The position numbers and the translations under genes were made by a program. Below, in pieces: positions 19,193 through 28,650 of a stretch of 64,000 nt of DNA. The DNA comes from Candidatus Zambryskiibacteriota bacterium (GTDB taxonomy: Bacteria > Patescibacteriota > Minisyncoccia > Phycocordibacterales > WO2-35-19). The notes under the pieces were generated by a model that was given only the letters and a program-made list of their open reading frames with translations, was not told where the DNA came from and did not search any database. Each line of letters begins with the position of its first letter. The stretch's first letter is position 1. Location: contig JASNZL010000008.1 in NCBI GenBank assembly GCA_048499675.1, positions 27-64,026 on the forward strand. The letters run 5' to 3'.

Positions 19193-19813
19193 ATGAAGAA
19201 TGCTACACAAAAATTTGTACCAATAGATGATGTCAGAGATGGCATTGTTATTTTGAAAGAAGGTGGAATGAGAGGGGTCCTTATGGCTTCTTCAATAAAC
19301 TTTTCTCTAAAATCAAACGACGAGAGACAAGCAATCCTGATGCAGTTTCAAGATTTTCTCAATTCTTTGGATTTTTCAATTCAAATACTTGTTCAGTCCA
19401 GAAGATTAGATATTAGACCTTATGTTGCACTGCTTGAGGGACGGCACAAAGAACAAACAAACGACCTTATGAAAATTCAGATAGAGCAATACATACAATT
19501 CGTAAAAAGCTTTACCGAGAGCACAAACATAATGACCAAAAACTTTTTTATTGTCATACCTTATGATGGGGCAATTATCTCTTCAAAAAAAGGAGTATTA
19601 TCTGGGTTTGGGAGTCAAAATAAATCAAAAGAATCACAAGAAGAAGATTTTGAAGAGAGGAAAAACCAACTTGAACAAAGAATGGCAGTGGTTGAACAGG
19701 GACTCGTCCGATGTGGAGTTAGAGTCGCAAAACTCGGAACAGACGAAGTGGTAGAATTATTTTATAAGATATTTAATCCAGGGGAGTCAGAGAAACCTAT
19801 TAAAATTTCGTAG
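19193..19813 (+). CDS. VirB4/TrbE/CagE-family ATPase, N-terminal domain only (5' fragment of a split gene)
   Basis: KFVPIDDVRDGIVILKEGGMRGVLMASSINFSLKSNDERQAILMQFQDFLNSLDFSIQILVQSRRLD and ...NFFIVIPYDG match the conserved N-domain of Gram-positive-type VirB4 proteins. Confidence 0.7.
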   Translation: MKNATQKFVPIDDVRDGIVILKEGGMRGVLMASSINFSLKSNDERQAILMQFQDFLNSLDFSIQILVQSRRLDIRPYVALLEGRHKEQTNDLMKIQIEQYIQFVKSFTESTNIMTKNFFIVIPYDGAIISSKKGVLSGFGSQNKSKESQEEDFEERKNQLEQRMAVVEQGLVRCGVRVAKLGTDEVVELFYKIFNPGESEKPIKIS

Positions 19814-19838
19814 AAATTTTAATTGTAAATAAAACAAA

Positions 19839-20258
19839 ATGAGTTACGAGTTACGAGTTACGAGTTACGAAACAAAAGAGAAAATAAACACTTTTCATGA
19901 TTTAAGAGTGTGGAAAGAAGCACATAATCTGGTTATATCAATTTATAAGACAACTAAAAATTTTCCAAAGGATGAGCTTTTTGGGTTAACTAACCAAATA
20001 AGGAGGTCTGCGGTCTCAATAACATCAAATTTAGCTGAAGGGTTTGGTAGAGAAACAATAAAGGATCGGGTACATTTTTATATTATATCCTTAGGATCAT
20101 TAAACGAAATCCAGAATCAGCTTCTCATTTCAAAAGATGTAGGATACCTAAGTTTAGAAAATTGGAGTAAGCTTGAAGAACAGATTATAATTGTAAACAA
20201 GATGCTTAATGGTTTAATAAAAAGATCCAGATCGTACTTCGTTACTCGTACCTCGTAA
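19839..20258 (+). CDS. four-helix-bundle protein of the 23S rRNA intervening-sequence protein family
   Basis: DLRVWKEAHNLVISIYKTTKNFPKDELFGLTNQIRRSAVSITSNLAEGFGR...SLGSLNEIQNQLLISKDVGYL matches the family consensus. Confidence 0.8.
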   Translation: MSYELRVTSYETKEKINTFHDLRVWKEAHNLVISIYKTTKNFPKDELFGLTNQIRRSAVSITSNLAEGFGRETIKDRVHFYIISLGSLNEIQNQLLISKDVGYLSLENWSKLEEQIIIVNKMLNGLIKRSRSYFVTRTS

Positions 20259-20265
20259 CTCGTTC
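19841..20265. mobile_element. inverted-repeat-flanked insertion splitting the VirB4 gene; carries a four-helix-bundle protein gene
   Basis: left arm GAGTTACGAGTTACGAGTTACGAGTTACGAA (19841-19873) and right arm TCGTACTTCGTTACTCGTACCTCGTAACTC (20231-20265) are near-perfect reverse complements; the arms encode the N- and C-termini of the cargo ORF. Confidence 0.55.
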
Positions 20266-20272
20266 TAAATAT

Positions 20273-22078
20273 ATGTTTGATTTTTTTAAGAAAAAAGAAA
20301 AAGAAAGTTTAACGGCTATTTCAATATTGCCGAAATCTATTACTGAAAGCTCGGAGCTAGAACTACAAGATATTTTGGCACCAAGTGCCTTAAAGGTTAA
20401 TGCAAAAGAGTTAAACCTTGGTGAAAAATTAGTTAGAAGTTTTTTTGTTATATCTTATCCTCGTTTTCTTAATGAAGATTGGTTTGCTCCGATTATAAAT
20501 ATGGATAAAATGTTTGATATTTCAATATTTATACATCCATTAGAAACGGCAAAAATATTAAGAAATTTCCAAAAAAAGGTCGCGGAGGTGCAGAGCCAAA
20601 TAAGAATGAGAGAGGAAAAAGGTTTGGTGAGAGACCCAATGCTTGATACGGCATACCAAGACCTAGAAAACCTGCGTGACGAGCTCCAGCAGGCCCAAGA
20701 AAAAATGTTTGAGGTTGGTTTATATATTTCAGTCTATGCAAACAACAGCGAAGAGTTGGACAAAGTTGGATCAGAAATAAAATCCATATTGGAATCAAAA
20801 CTTGTATACGTAAAACCAGCGCTTTTCCAACAAGAACAAGGTTTTGAGAGTATTCTTCCAATTGCAAAAGATGAGCTAAATGTACACTCAAAAATAAATT
20901 CTTCACCACTTTCAAGTATTTTCCCATTTATATCTTTTGACCTAACTTCTGACAAAGGAATACTCTATGGTATCAACAGGCACAATTCTTCTTTGATTTT
21001 GTTTGATAGATTTTCATTAGAAAACTATAACTCTATTACTTTTGCAAAATCTGGTTCTGGTAAATCATATGCCACAAAATTGGAAATAATAAGGACACTA
21101 ATGTTTGACACAGAAGTAATTGTTATTGACCCAGAAAACGAATATGAATATATGGCCGAAGCGATAGGGGGTAGGTATTTTAATATTTCTCTAAACTCCG
21201 ACCACCACATCAACCCATTTGAACTTCCTGTCCCTGGTGAAGACGAGTCCGGCGCTTCAGTTTTGAGAAGTAAGATTATAAATCTAGTGGGATTGTTTAG
21301 AATCATGATGGGCGGTCTTACAGCTGAAGAAGATGCGATTATAGACCGCGCAATCACAGAAACCTATGCCCTCAAAGATATTACTCCGGATTCTGATTTT
21401 GCAAATGTTGAACCCCCACTTCTTTCTGATTTTGAAATGGTATTGAGTGGTATGGAAGGAGGGGAATCATTGGCCCAAAGACTAACCAAGTACACAAAAG
21501 GAACTTGGTCCAACTTTATAAACAGACCTTCAAACATAGACATAAACAAAAAATTTGTCGTCTTTTCTATTAGAGATATGGAGGACGAACTCAAACCCGT
21601 TGCGATGTATATCGTGACCCACTATATCTGGAACGCTATCAGGAGAAATATCAAAAAGAGACTTCTTGTTATTGACGAAGCTTGGTGGATGATGAAATCA
21701 GAAGATACTGCGTCATTTTTGCTTTCGCTTGCAAAAAGAGGTAGGAAATATTACTTGGGACTTGCCACAATCACACAGGATGTTGATGACTTTTTGAAAT
21801 CACCTTACGGAACTCCCATAATTACAAACTCATCAATTCAAGTACTCTTGAAACAGTCACCAACTTCAATAGACAGACTTCAAGAAGTTTTCAATCTAAC
21901 AGACGAAGAAAAATATCTACTTATAGAATCTGGAGTAGGGGAAGGAATATTCTTTGCTGGTCTCAAACACGTAGCTATCAAAATAATTGCTTCTTATACA
22001 GAAGATCAAATAATCACATCTGACCCATCTCAAATTTTGGCTATGAAAAAAGCCAAAAGAGAAGCAGAACTTGAATAA
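20273..22078 (+). CDS. VirB4/TrbE/CagE-family ATPase, central + C-terminal ATPase domains (3' part of the split gene)
   Basis: FFVISYPRFLNEDWF...DISIFIHP (CagE_TrbE_VirB region), Walker A AKSGSGKSY, Walker B LLVIDEAWWMM, RGRKYYLGLATITQDVDD. Confidence 0.85.
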   Translation: MFDFFKKKEKESLTAISILPKSITESSELELQDILAPSALKVNAKELNLGEKLVRSFFVISYPRFLNEDWFAPIINMDKMFDISIFIHPLETAKILRNFQKKVAEVQSQIRMREEKGLVRDPMLDTAYQDLENLRDELQQAQEKMFEVGLYISVYANNSEELDKVGSEIKSILESKLVYVKPALFQQEQGFESILPIAKDELNVHSKINSSPLSSIFPFISFDLTSDKGILYGINRHNSSLILFDRFSLENYNSITFAKSGSGKSYATKLEIIRTLMFDTEVIVIDPENEYEYMAEAIGGRYFNISLNSDHHINPFELPVPGEDESGASVLRSKIINLVGLFRIMMGGLTAEEDAIIDRAITETYALKDITPDSDFANVEPPLLSDFEMVLSGMEGGESLAQRLTKYTKGTWSNFINRPSNIDINKKFVVFSIRDMEDELKPVAMYIVTHYIWNAIRRNIKKRLLVIDEAWWMMKSEDTASFLLSLAKRGRKYYLGLATITQDVDDFLKSPYGTPIITNSSIQVLLKQSPTSIDRLQEVFNLTDEEKYLLIESGVGEGIFFAGLKHVAIKIIASYTEDQIITSDPSQILAMKKAKREAELE

Positions 22079-22353
22079 AGAAGGGGTAGAAGCTCGTAAA
22101 ATTGAAAAAATTATTCTAATTTCTAATTAACCTAATTATCCTAAAAAAATCCTAAATTCTAAATTCTAAATTTGGAAGTTTTAAATTTTGGATTTTGAAT
22201 TTCTGATTTGCTTGCCCTGTAAAAGCTTGCTTTTATTCGAGTTTAGTATTTCGGATTTAGAATTTAGAATTTTATCGTATCTCGTACTTCGTAACTCGTA
22301 CTTCGTTTGCCTTCATATCGTGTTTTATTTTAAACTCTTGATATAATATCCTT

Positions 22354-23361
22354 ATGGATGAAGCTATAGAACAAAATGCTGGCATACAAAGAGAACCTCT
22401 AATAAGGCCTGTTCGTAAGTATCCAAGAGAAAAAGAAGTAAAACATAGAATTAAAATATGGATGGCTTACTGCCTTATTGTTTTTGCTGTAATGATAGAC
22501 TTCGCTGAGTTGGGCACTACTTATATTGGAGTTGTGGTTATTGGTGGGATTTTAAGCAATCTAATTGCAGCTTTTGCCACAACCGTTTTTTGGATTTGGT
22601 TTTTGATACTAGGAGTCCCTTATTCTGCTAATACCAAAAGGTTTGGTGTAATGGTGGTGACTCACGTTGCAGAGTATGTCCCCGTGGCTGATGCTTTGCC
22701 GTTTTGGTTTATGTGGACAATAGGTATGGCGGTTACTATAGGAATGGTGAGGATGGAGGATAAGGGAGAAAAACCAACAATTCTTGGTGGGATATTAGAA
22801 ATATTATCGATAACAGCACCATCTCCAGGTATTTCCATTTTAAAAAAAATTACCAGCTCTCAATTGGTTCTTAATAAAATACATAATGTAAAGTACGCTA
22901 AACAAATTAATAGTATGGATAGATTAGGGAGTGTAGAATCTGGCACAAAAGGTAATTCCAAAACATTAGATTTAAGAAATAAAAATACTCACTCTGGTTA
23001 TTCTCTAAAAAAACGGCCCCCTACGAACCAATCTGCTCAATCGCAACAAAAATTGAATAGATTACAATCTGACATTAGTAGATATCAAGCAGAGATACAA
23101 CAAAAAGAAAGAGAGTTGGCACAAAAAGAACAACACTACAAGGAAAATGAGGACGGTTTTACTCGTGGCCTCGAAATAATTCGTTCAACCAGAGATATTA
23201 ACAAAGAAGAAGAAGCCAGATACTTTAGGGAACATAGTTCAAGAATGACCTCTTTCTACCAAGACATAGACAAACTAAAATCCAGCATAGCAGGACTTAA
23301 AAAACTAATCTCTCAATTACAAAATGAAATATCGATATCCCAATCAAAAACTGTAACTTAA
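22354..23361 (+). CDS. membrane protein (3-4 TM) with long C-terminal coiled coil; unknown function, in T4SS-like locus
   Basis: hydrophobic helices in residues ~45-140, heptad-rich tail. Confidence 0.45.
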   Translation: MDEAIEQNAGIQREPLIRPVRKYPREKEVKHRIKIWMAYCLIVFAVMIDFAELGTTYIGVVVIGGILSNLIAAFATTVFWIWFLILGVPYSANTKRFGVMVVTHVAEYVPVADALPFWFMWTIGMAVTIGMVRMEDKGEKPTILGGILEILSITAPSPGISILKKITSSQLVLNKIHNVKYAKQINSMDRLGSVESGTKGNSKTLDLRNKNTHSGYSLKKRPPTNQSAQSQQKLNRLQSDISRYQAEIQQKERELAQKEQHYKENEDGFTRGLEIIRSTRDINKEEEARYFREHSSRMTSFYQDIDKLKSSIAGLKKLISQLQNEISISQSKTVT

Positions 23362-23509
23362 GACAAATGAAATCTCCTCAAACCAAACCTCAAGCAACAA
23401 ATACAAGCAATGTATTAAATCTAAAAAAGGTTGCCTAAATTGTTTTCTTATCTAATTTCGTTTCCACAAAACCAAAACAAAAAAATAACTACCGTAGTAT
23501 AATTAAACT

Positions 23510-24493
23510 ATGATAAAAAATATCGGAATTATAATAACTTTTTTACTCTTGGTACCTGTCTTTACCTTTGCTCAACAAATAAATATTCCTTTTGCACTGT
23601 CAAACGAGCTTAATGTTGATGTAAACCCAGATTATCCAAGACCAAACGAGAATACAACCATTTCACTATCACTTTATTCTGATGATTTGACTACAGCAAC
23701 CATCTCTTGGTATCAAGACGACGAACTAGTTTTGAGTGGTATAGGCAAGACTATTCACCAATTCACAATGGGCAATGTGGGCGAGGAAACAAAAATACGA
23801 ATAGTGATTAATTTGCTTAACGGAATTAGTTTTTCAAAACAACTAAGCTTTACGCCAGCAAGCGTTGATCTTGTTTGGGAAGCAGAAAGCTATGTACACC
23901 CATTTTACAAAGGCAAGGCGCTACACCCAAGACAAGGATCTATAAAGGTGGTAGCAGTGCCCGAGTTTTATAGAAATGGAAACAAAGTTCCGGCTGAAAA
24001 TTTGGTCTACACATGGACCAATGGTTTAAAGGCAGTCCAAAACCAATCAGGATACGGCAGGAATGTTGTTTTTTTGGACGGTTCTCTTTTTGGTAGAACC
24101 GAGAGAATAGAAGTGATAGTGGTCGACCCTATAAACAATCTGGTTGCTAGTCAAGTAATTAACATAGCACCAACTGCACCGGAGATACTTTTTTACGAAA
24201 ATAATCCCTATTATGGTTACTTATTTGATGTTGCGATTCCAAATCAATTCAAACTTGTTTCAGATGAGGTAGAGATAGTTGCTTCACCTTATTTCTTTAC
24301 AAAGGAAGACGTGCCTTTTTTCAATTACAACTGGCGCATCAACAACAGTTCCGTTCCTTCTATAGCTGACTCAATGAGTGCAATTTTTAGAAGACCAGAA
24401 GAGAGTGGACGTTCACAAGTTTCTTTGGAAATTGCAAATCAAAGCCGATTATTACAACAAGCACAAAAAAGTTTTTCAATAAATTTTGATTAA
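23510..24493 (+). CDS. secreted protein with signal peptide; unknown function
   Basis: MIKNIGIIITFLLLVPVFTFAQQ signal peptide. Confidence 0.5.
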   Translation: MIKNIGIIITFLLLVPVFTFAQQINIPFALSNELNVDVNPDYPRPNENTTISLSLYSDDLTTATISWYQDDELVLSGIGKTIHQFTMGNVGEETKIRIVINLLNGISFSKQLSFTPASVDLVWEAESYVHPFYKGKALHPRQGSIKVVAVPEFYRNGNKVPAENLVYTWTNGLKAVQNQSGYGRNVVFLDGSLFGRTERIEVIVVDPINNLVASQVINIAPTAPEILFYENNPYYGYLFDVAIPNQFKLVSDEVEIVASPYFFTKEDVPFFNYNWRINNSSVPSIADSMSAIFRRPEESGRSQVSLEIANQSRLLQQAQKSFSINFD

Positions 24494-24496
24494 AAT

Positions 24497-25501
24497 ATGA
24501 AAAAAACATTTATTAATACAACCTTTATCATTTTTGCATTTGCACTTCTTTTGTTCTCTCCTTTTTATATAGAGGTTGCACTTGCACAACCAACACCAAC
24601 CCCAACATCTGCCACAACAGCTGAGGATCCTTATACCCTCCTAGCACCAATTCCTTGCGTTGGCGGTAATTGCTCTGGTGATTTGGCAACAAACACAACC
24701 TTACCTCAATACGTAAAAGGCTTTATCCAATTATCAATTGGTATTTCCGCTGTTTTTGCAATAGTTATGATAGTTATCGGCGGGTTCCAATATATGACTT
24801 CAGACGCTCTGCAAGGCAAACAAGATGGTAAAACCAGAATTAAAAACTCAGCAATAGGAATATTACTTATAGCAGCTTCTTTTATAATTTTACAAACAAT
24901 AAATCCAGACTTGCTTGACATAAAACTAAAAATTGATGCGAGTCCGACCGCGCAGAGTGGTACCCAGACAGGAACACTTGTTGCCGGCGGGACTTGCACA
25001 ACCTGTGTACCACTTGATAGTTCTTTATCTTCGGTTCTTAAGCGCGGCCAAGGAACACAAATACTACCAGATACCAACACAAAGCTTGTCGCATTAAACA
25101 ACACTCTGAAAGAAGAAAATATTTCATGGTGGATTTCTGAAGCGTACCCACCAACAGTAAAGCATGCAAATGTTTGTCATTCTGCTGGCACCTGCATTGA
25201 CGCAAATTTCACAAATACTAGTAAGCCTAGGACAAGTGATTTTGAATCTCTAACTGAACCAGAAAGGACTCAGCATGCAAAGAATATAAATAGCTTTATC
25301 GACTCGGCGGAAAGTGCAAACTTAAGAGCAATATATGAGGTACCAACTAGCGCCAGGAGAGATCTTTTAATACAAGCAGGGGTTCCAGCAAATAGAATAA
25401 TTACTGTTATAAAATCAGACGGCGCACCTATAGAGCCACACTTTTCGGTATATAATTGTTCTGCCCACCCAGAAAGCTGTAGAACCTTGCCAAGACCATA
25501 A
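24497..25501 (+). CDS. signal peptide + two closely spaced TM helices (VirB2/TrbC-pilin-like core) followed by a Cys-rich extracellular domain
   Basis: after signal: QYVKGFIQLSIGISAVFAIVMIVIGGFQYM - short polar loop (SDALQGKQDGKTRIKNS) - AIGILLIAASFIILQTI; topology resembles T4SS pilins; the C-terminal 180 aa contain 9 Cys. Confidence 0.4.
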   Translation: MKKTFINTTFIIFAFALLLFSPFYIEVALAQPTPTPTSATTAEDPYTLLAPIPCVGGNCSGDLATNTTLPQYVKGFIQLSIGISAVFAIVMIVIGGFQYMTSDALQGKQDGKTRIKNSAIGILLIAASFIILQTINPDLLDIKLKIDASPTAQSGTQTGTLVAGGTCTTCVPLDSSLSSVLKRGQGTQILPDTNTKLVALNNTLKEENISWWISEAYPPTVKHANVCHSAGTCIDANFTNTSKPRTSDFESLTEPERTQHAKNINSFIDSAESANLRAIYEVPTSARRDLLIQAGVPANRIITVIKSDGAPIEPHFSVYNCSAHPESCRTLPRP

Positions 25502-25506
25502 TAAAC

Positions 25507-26766
25507 ATGAAAAAAATATTACTTATAGTTGGAATAATATTGATAATCGGAATAGTAATATTCTTTATGTTTGGTATGGGAGGATCACAACAAGAAGGGG
25601 AGAGTAGGATTGGTTTTTCTTTACAAGAATTTTTTCCTTTTGGTAGAAGCGGGGATAGTAGCACGACCGCCACCGAAAATACATTCCCAATAAATGAAAA
25701 CGAAAGTTTTGGTGGCTCTGAAACGGACGAAAACAAACCGATACCAAGACTAAGAAAACTTTCTGGGGAACCTGTAGCTGGGTCAATAATGTTTAATGTG
25801 GGGACAACAAGCGTTGTAAGGTTTATAGAAAAAGGCACAGGTAATGTATATGAGGCAAGATCGGATTCAAACAAAATAGAGCGACTAACAAACACAACCA
25901 TTCCAAAAATTATAAGGGCTTTTTGGTTGCCAAATGGCACAGGTTTTTTGGCACAAACTCTAATTCCAAACACAGAAATAATAGAGACAAGTTTTGTTAA
26001 ATTAAACCAAAGAAACGGCGAGGATTCATTAGGTGAAGTCTTGACCCCTTATGTAACATCTATCGCCAAACTACCCACAGGGATAAAAGAAATATCTATC
26101 AGACCAGATGGTGCCAAGATTTTTTATTACATACAAAATAGGAATTATACAAATTGGTATATATCAAATCCTGACGGAACAGGGAGTGAGATGGTTTATG
26201 CTCACAACCTAGCCGAGTGGTTACCTAAATGGATATCTACAAACACTATTATTATGCAGACCAAGAGTAGTTATATTGCTCCATCTTACACATACACATT
26301 TAGTCCACAAACAAAAATATTAAAAAAACAAGGTTTTGGTTATAACGGGCTTTCACTTTTACCAAAACAAGATAATTTGTTTAGTTTAATATCAATCGGT
26401 GGCATCAACACAGATTTGTATTTACTTAACAACAATACCTTTGAAACAAGTGCCTTGGTATCAAGTGCTATAGCAGAAAAATGTGTCTGGTCAAAAACGG
26501 AGGATATGTTTATTTACTGCGCTGTTCCAAACTCACTACCAAACAGCACCTATCCTGATTCTTGGTACAAAGGAATTATAAGGACTGAGGATTCAATTAG
26601 AAAGATAGATTTAAATAACAACATTTTTTACAATGTTATTGATCTAAAGAGGGAATCGGAAGAAGAAATAGATGTTGTTGATGTTTTAATTTCTTCAGAC
26701 GACACCCATCTCATATTCAGGAATAAAACCGATGGATTTTTGTGGATACTTCGAGTAGAAGACTAG
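25507..26766 (+). CDS. N-terminally anchored extracytoplasmic protein, possibly beta-propeller-like; unknown
   Basis: MKKILLIVGIILIIGIVIFFMFG anchor; repetitive beta-rich segments. Confidence 0.45.
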   Translation: MKKILLIVGIILIIGIVIFFMFGMGGSQQEGESRIGFSLQEFFPFGRSGDSSTTATENTFPINENESFGGSETDENKPIPRLRKLSGEPVAGSIMFNVGTTSVVRFIEKGTGNVYEARSDSNKIERLTNTTIPKIIRAFWLPNGTGFLAQTLIPNTEIIETSFVKLNQRNGEDSLGEVLTPYVTSIAKLPTGIKEISIRPDGAKIFYYIQNRNYTNWYISNPDGTGSEMVYAHNLAEWLPKWISTNTIIMQTKSSYIAPSYTYTFSPQTKILKKQGFGYNGLSLLPKQDNLFSLISIGGINTDLYLLNNNTFETSALVSSAIAEKCVWSKTEDMFIYCAVPNSLPNSTYPDSWYKGIIRTEDSIRKIDLNNNIFYNVIDLKRESEEEIDVVDVLISSDDTHLIFRNKTDGFLWILRVED

Positions 26767-26795
26767 GAGCGCCATCTAACAATTATTTGCCTGTT

Positions 26796-27188
26796 CTATA
26801 GCAAAACTAGATTATAGACTAAACTTACTACTAGCAAGACAATTAGTATAATTTTGAATGAGTTTTTTTGTAAAATAGTTTTTTCTTTTTGTTCTCTGTT
26901 TTCTCTTATTTCCAACCCAAACAGTTTTCTATAATAGTGAACCATGCAAGATTTTTCATATTTTGAATCAGGAAAAATCTTTCTTCTTAGATCAAATTCT
27001 ATATTTGTGAGCACACATCTGCCGAAAAGAATTTCCGAAATAAATGTAAAGGTCCACAACACCAAAAAATAAACGAAGAGTTTGGGGAAGAGCCAACTAA
27101 AAACCACAGACAAGACCAGCAAGAAGTGTATTACAAATATAATATCTGCAACAAAGGTATACAAGAATATTTTATTTTTTGTGAGCAT
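26796..27188 (-). CDS. small integral membrane protein, unknown function (start placed at internal ATG to avoid overlap with yidC)
   Basis: four hydrophobic segments. Confidence 0.45.
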   Translation of the reverse strand: MLTKNKIFLYTFVADIIFVIHFLLVLSVVFSWLFPKLFVYFLVLWTFTFISEILFGRCVLTNIEFDLRRKIFPDSKYEKSCMVHYYRKLFGLEIRENREQKEKTILQKNSFKIILIVLLVVSLVYNLVLL

Positions 27189-27195
27189 TCTGGTT

Positions 27196-27927
27196 TTATG
27201 ATACAACAACTTCTTCCTGCTCTTTTAGTTGGTTTTTTATATAGTAATCCTGAGCAGTACCCATTAGATTACTCACAAACCAATATAACGCAACCACACC
27301 AGAAATTTGCCATGATACAAAAAATACAATTATAGGAAGAGTGTATTTCATTTGCTTCATCATAATTTTTGAAAAATCTTCTTTATCTAGAGGTTTTGTA
27401 GATTTTTCTGGAGTATTCATAGATGACAAGTGCATCTGGAAATATGTACTAGCGCTCGCTAAAAGGGCGAGAATGATGCTTTTTTTGGAAACATCAACAA
27501 GACCCAAAAAATTCATAGATACGCTCGCTGGCTCTTTAACAAAAGAGTAGAGCAAGTCGGTATCTATGAGCGGTAGACCTGATTTAAAAAATATATAATA
27601 CAAAGAGTATATAATCGGTATTTGAAGTATAACAACACCAATACTAGAAAACGGATTGATCTTATTTTCTTTATAAAACTCCATTATTTTTATTGCTTGA
27701 ACCTGTTTATCTTTGTATTTTTCTTTTATTTCATTTAGCTCACCACCTTTTTCTCTCATTTTAATCTGAGTTACTATTGATTTTTTCGCTAGGGGATAGA
27801 GAATCATCTTTACAAAAACAGTAAGGAGCACCGCAGCAATCCCCGCATCTACCCAACTAAAATTCAGCATAAATACCAAAATATTATAAAGTGGTGTATA
27901 TATTATTATTTTGAAAAATTCTATCAT
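27196..27927 (-). CDS. yidC: membrane protein insertase YidC/Oxa1 (short form)
   Basis: PLYNILVF...AGIAAVLLTVFVKMILYPLAKKSIVTQIKM and GLPLID...; gene order rpmH-rnpA-yidC. Confidence 0.85.
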   Translation of the reverse strand: MIEFFKIIIYTPLYNILVFMLNFSWVDAGIAAVLLTVFVKMILYPLAKKSIVTQIKMREKGGELNEIKEKYKDKQVQAIKIMEFYKENKINPFSSIGVVILQIPIIYSLYYIFFKSGLPLIDTDLLYSFVKEPASVSMNFLGLVDVSKKSIILALLASASTYFQMHLSSMNTPEKSTKPLDKEDFSKIMMKQMKYTLPIIVFFVSWQISGVVALYWFVSNLMGTAQDYYIKNQLKEQEEVVVS

Positions 27928-28256
27928 TTGATTAGTTTAGCTTTTTTTAGGATATATTCCAAATTACTAAAAACTTCTTCTTTTTTTGTTGGGGTTTTGT
28001 TATAAGAAAAAATAGCCACTACACTCTTGTTTATTTCTGGAATAAATTTTGCTATTTCTGAATAGCCCCATCTTCTGTTTTTGTTCCTAATTACGGCCTT
28101 TTTGGCTATTTTTTTTGAAACAGAAAAACAAAACCTACTATTTGCCTCCTTGCTAGGGACAAATCTTAACAAAAAAAGGTCACTTCTAAATACATTTGCT
28201 CCCTTTTTCAACAAAGGAAACATTTCTATTGGTATTCTTTGTTTTTTATTAAGCAT
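27924..28256 (-). CDS. rnpA: RNase P protein component
   Basis: RFCFSVSKKIAKKAVIRNKNRR motif; follows rpmH. Confidence 0.85.
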   Translation of the reverse strand: MLNKKQRIPIEMFPLLKKGANVFRSDLFLLRFVPSKEANSRFCFSVSKKIAKKAVIRNKNRRWGYSEIAKFIPEINKSVVAIFSYNKTPTKKEEVFSNLEYILKKAKLIK

Positions 28257-28262
28257 TAAAAG

Positions 28263-28397
28263 CTAAACGGATAATTTTTTTCTACCTTTCCTTCTTCTGC
28301 TTTGTAAAACTTTTGTGCCAGAAGTTGACTTACTTCTTTTCAAGAAACCATGCGCTCTTGCTCTCTTTCTTTTTTTGGGTTGATATGTTGTTGACAT
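28263..28397 (-). CDS. rpmH: 50S ribosomal protein L34 (44 aa; missed by the ORF track because it is shorter than the cutoff)
   Basis: minus-strand translation [44 protein letters not shown]. Confidence 0.85.
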   Translation of the reverse strand: MSTTYQPKKRKRARAHGFLKRSKSTSGTKVLQSRRRKGRKKLSV

Positions 28398-28479
28398 CTT
28401 GTTTTATTTTAATCTCTTTATTAATTTATTAAATATAGGAATTTGATATTATGGCTACATAGAAAGTAAAAAGTGAATT

Positions 28480-28530
28480 AAAGCGGGATTATCCACAGCT
28501 AATCATCCAAATCCTTACTATTCACAGATT
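28480..28530. promoter_or_regulatory. DnaA boxes upstream of dnaA (perfect TTATCCACA at 28489-28497; 7/9 box cTATTCACA at 28518-28526)
   Basis: consensus match read directly. Confidence 0.6.
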
Positions 28531-28650
28531 ATAAACATATTTAACTATAAAAACAAGTTCCCTAAATTTGAATAAAATATATAATGGCAGACAAGCAAGA
28601 CATGATTTACTCTGAGTTAATATTAGTAAGAATAATATCTATCTAACCAA

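Noticed and set aside
19814-20272. Self-splicing group I/II intron interrupting VirB4
   Set aside because: The 459-bp insert is almost entirely occupied by the 420-bp ORF, which leaves no room for a ribozyme core. The first exon keeps its own stop codon. An IR-flanked insertion or IVS-like element is more consistent with the sequence.
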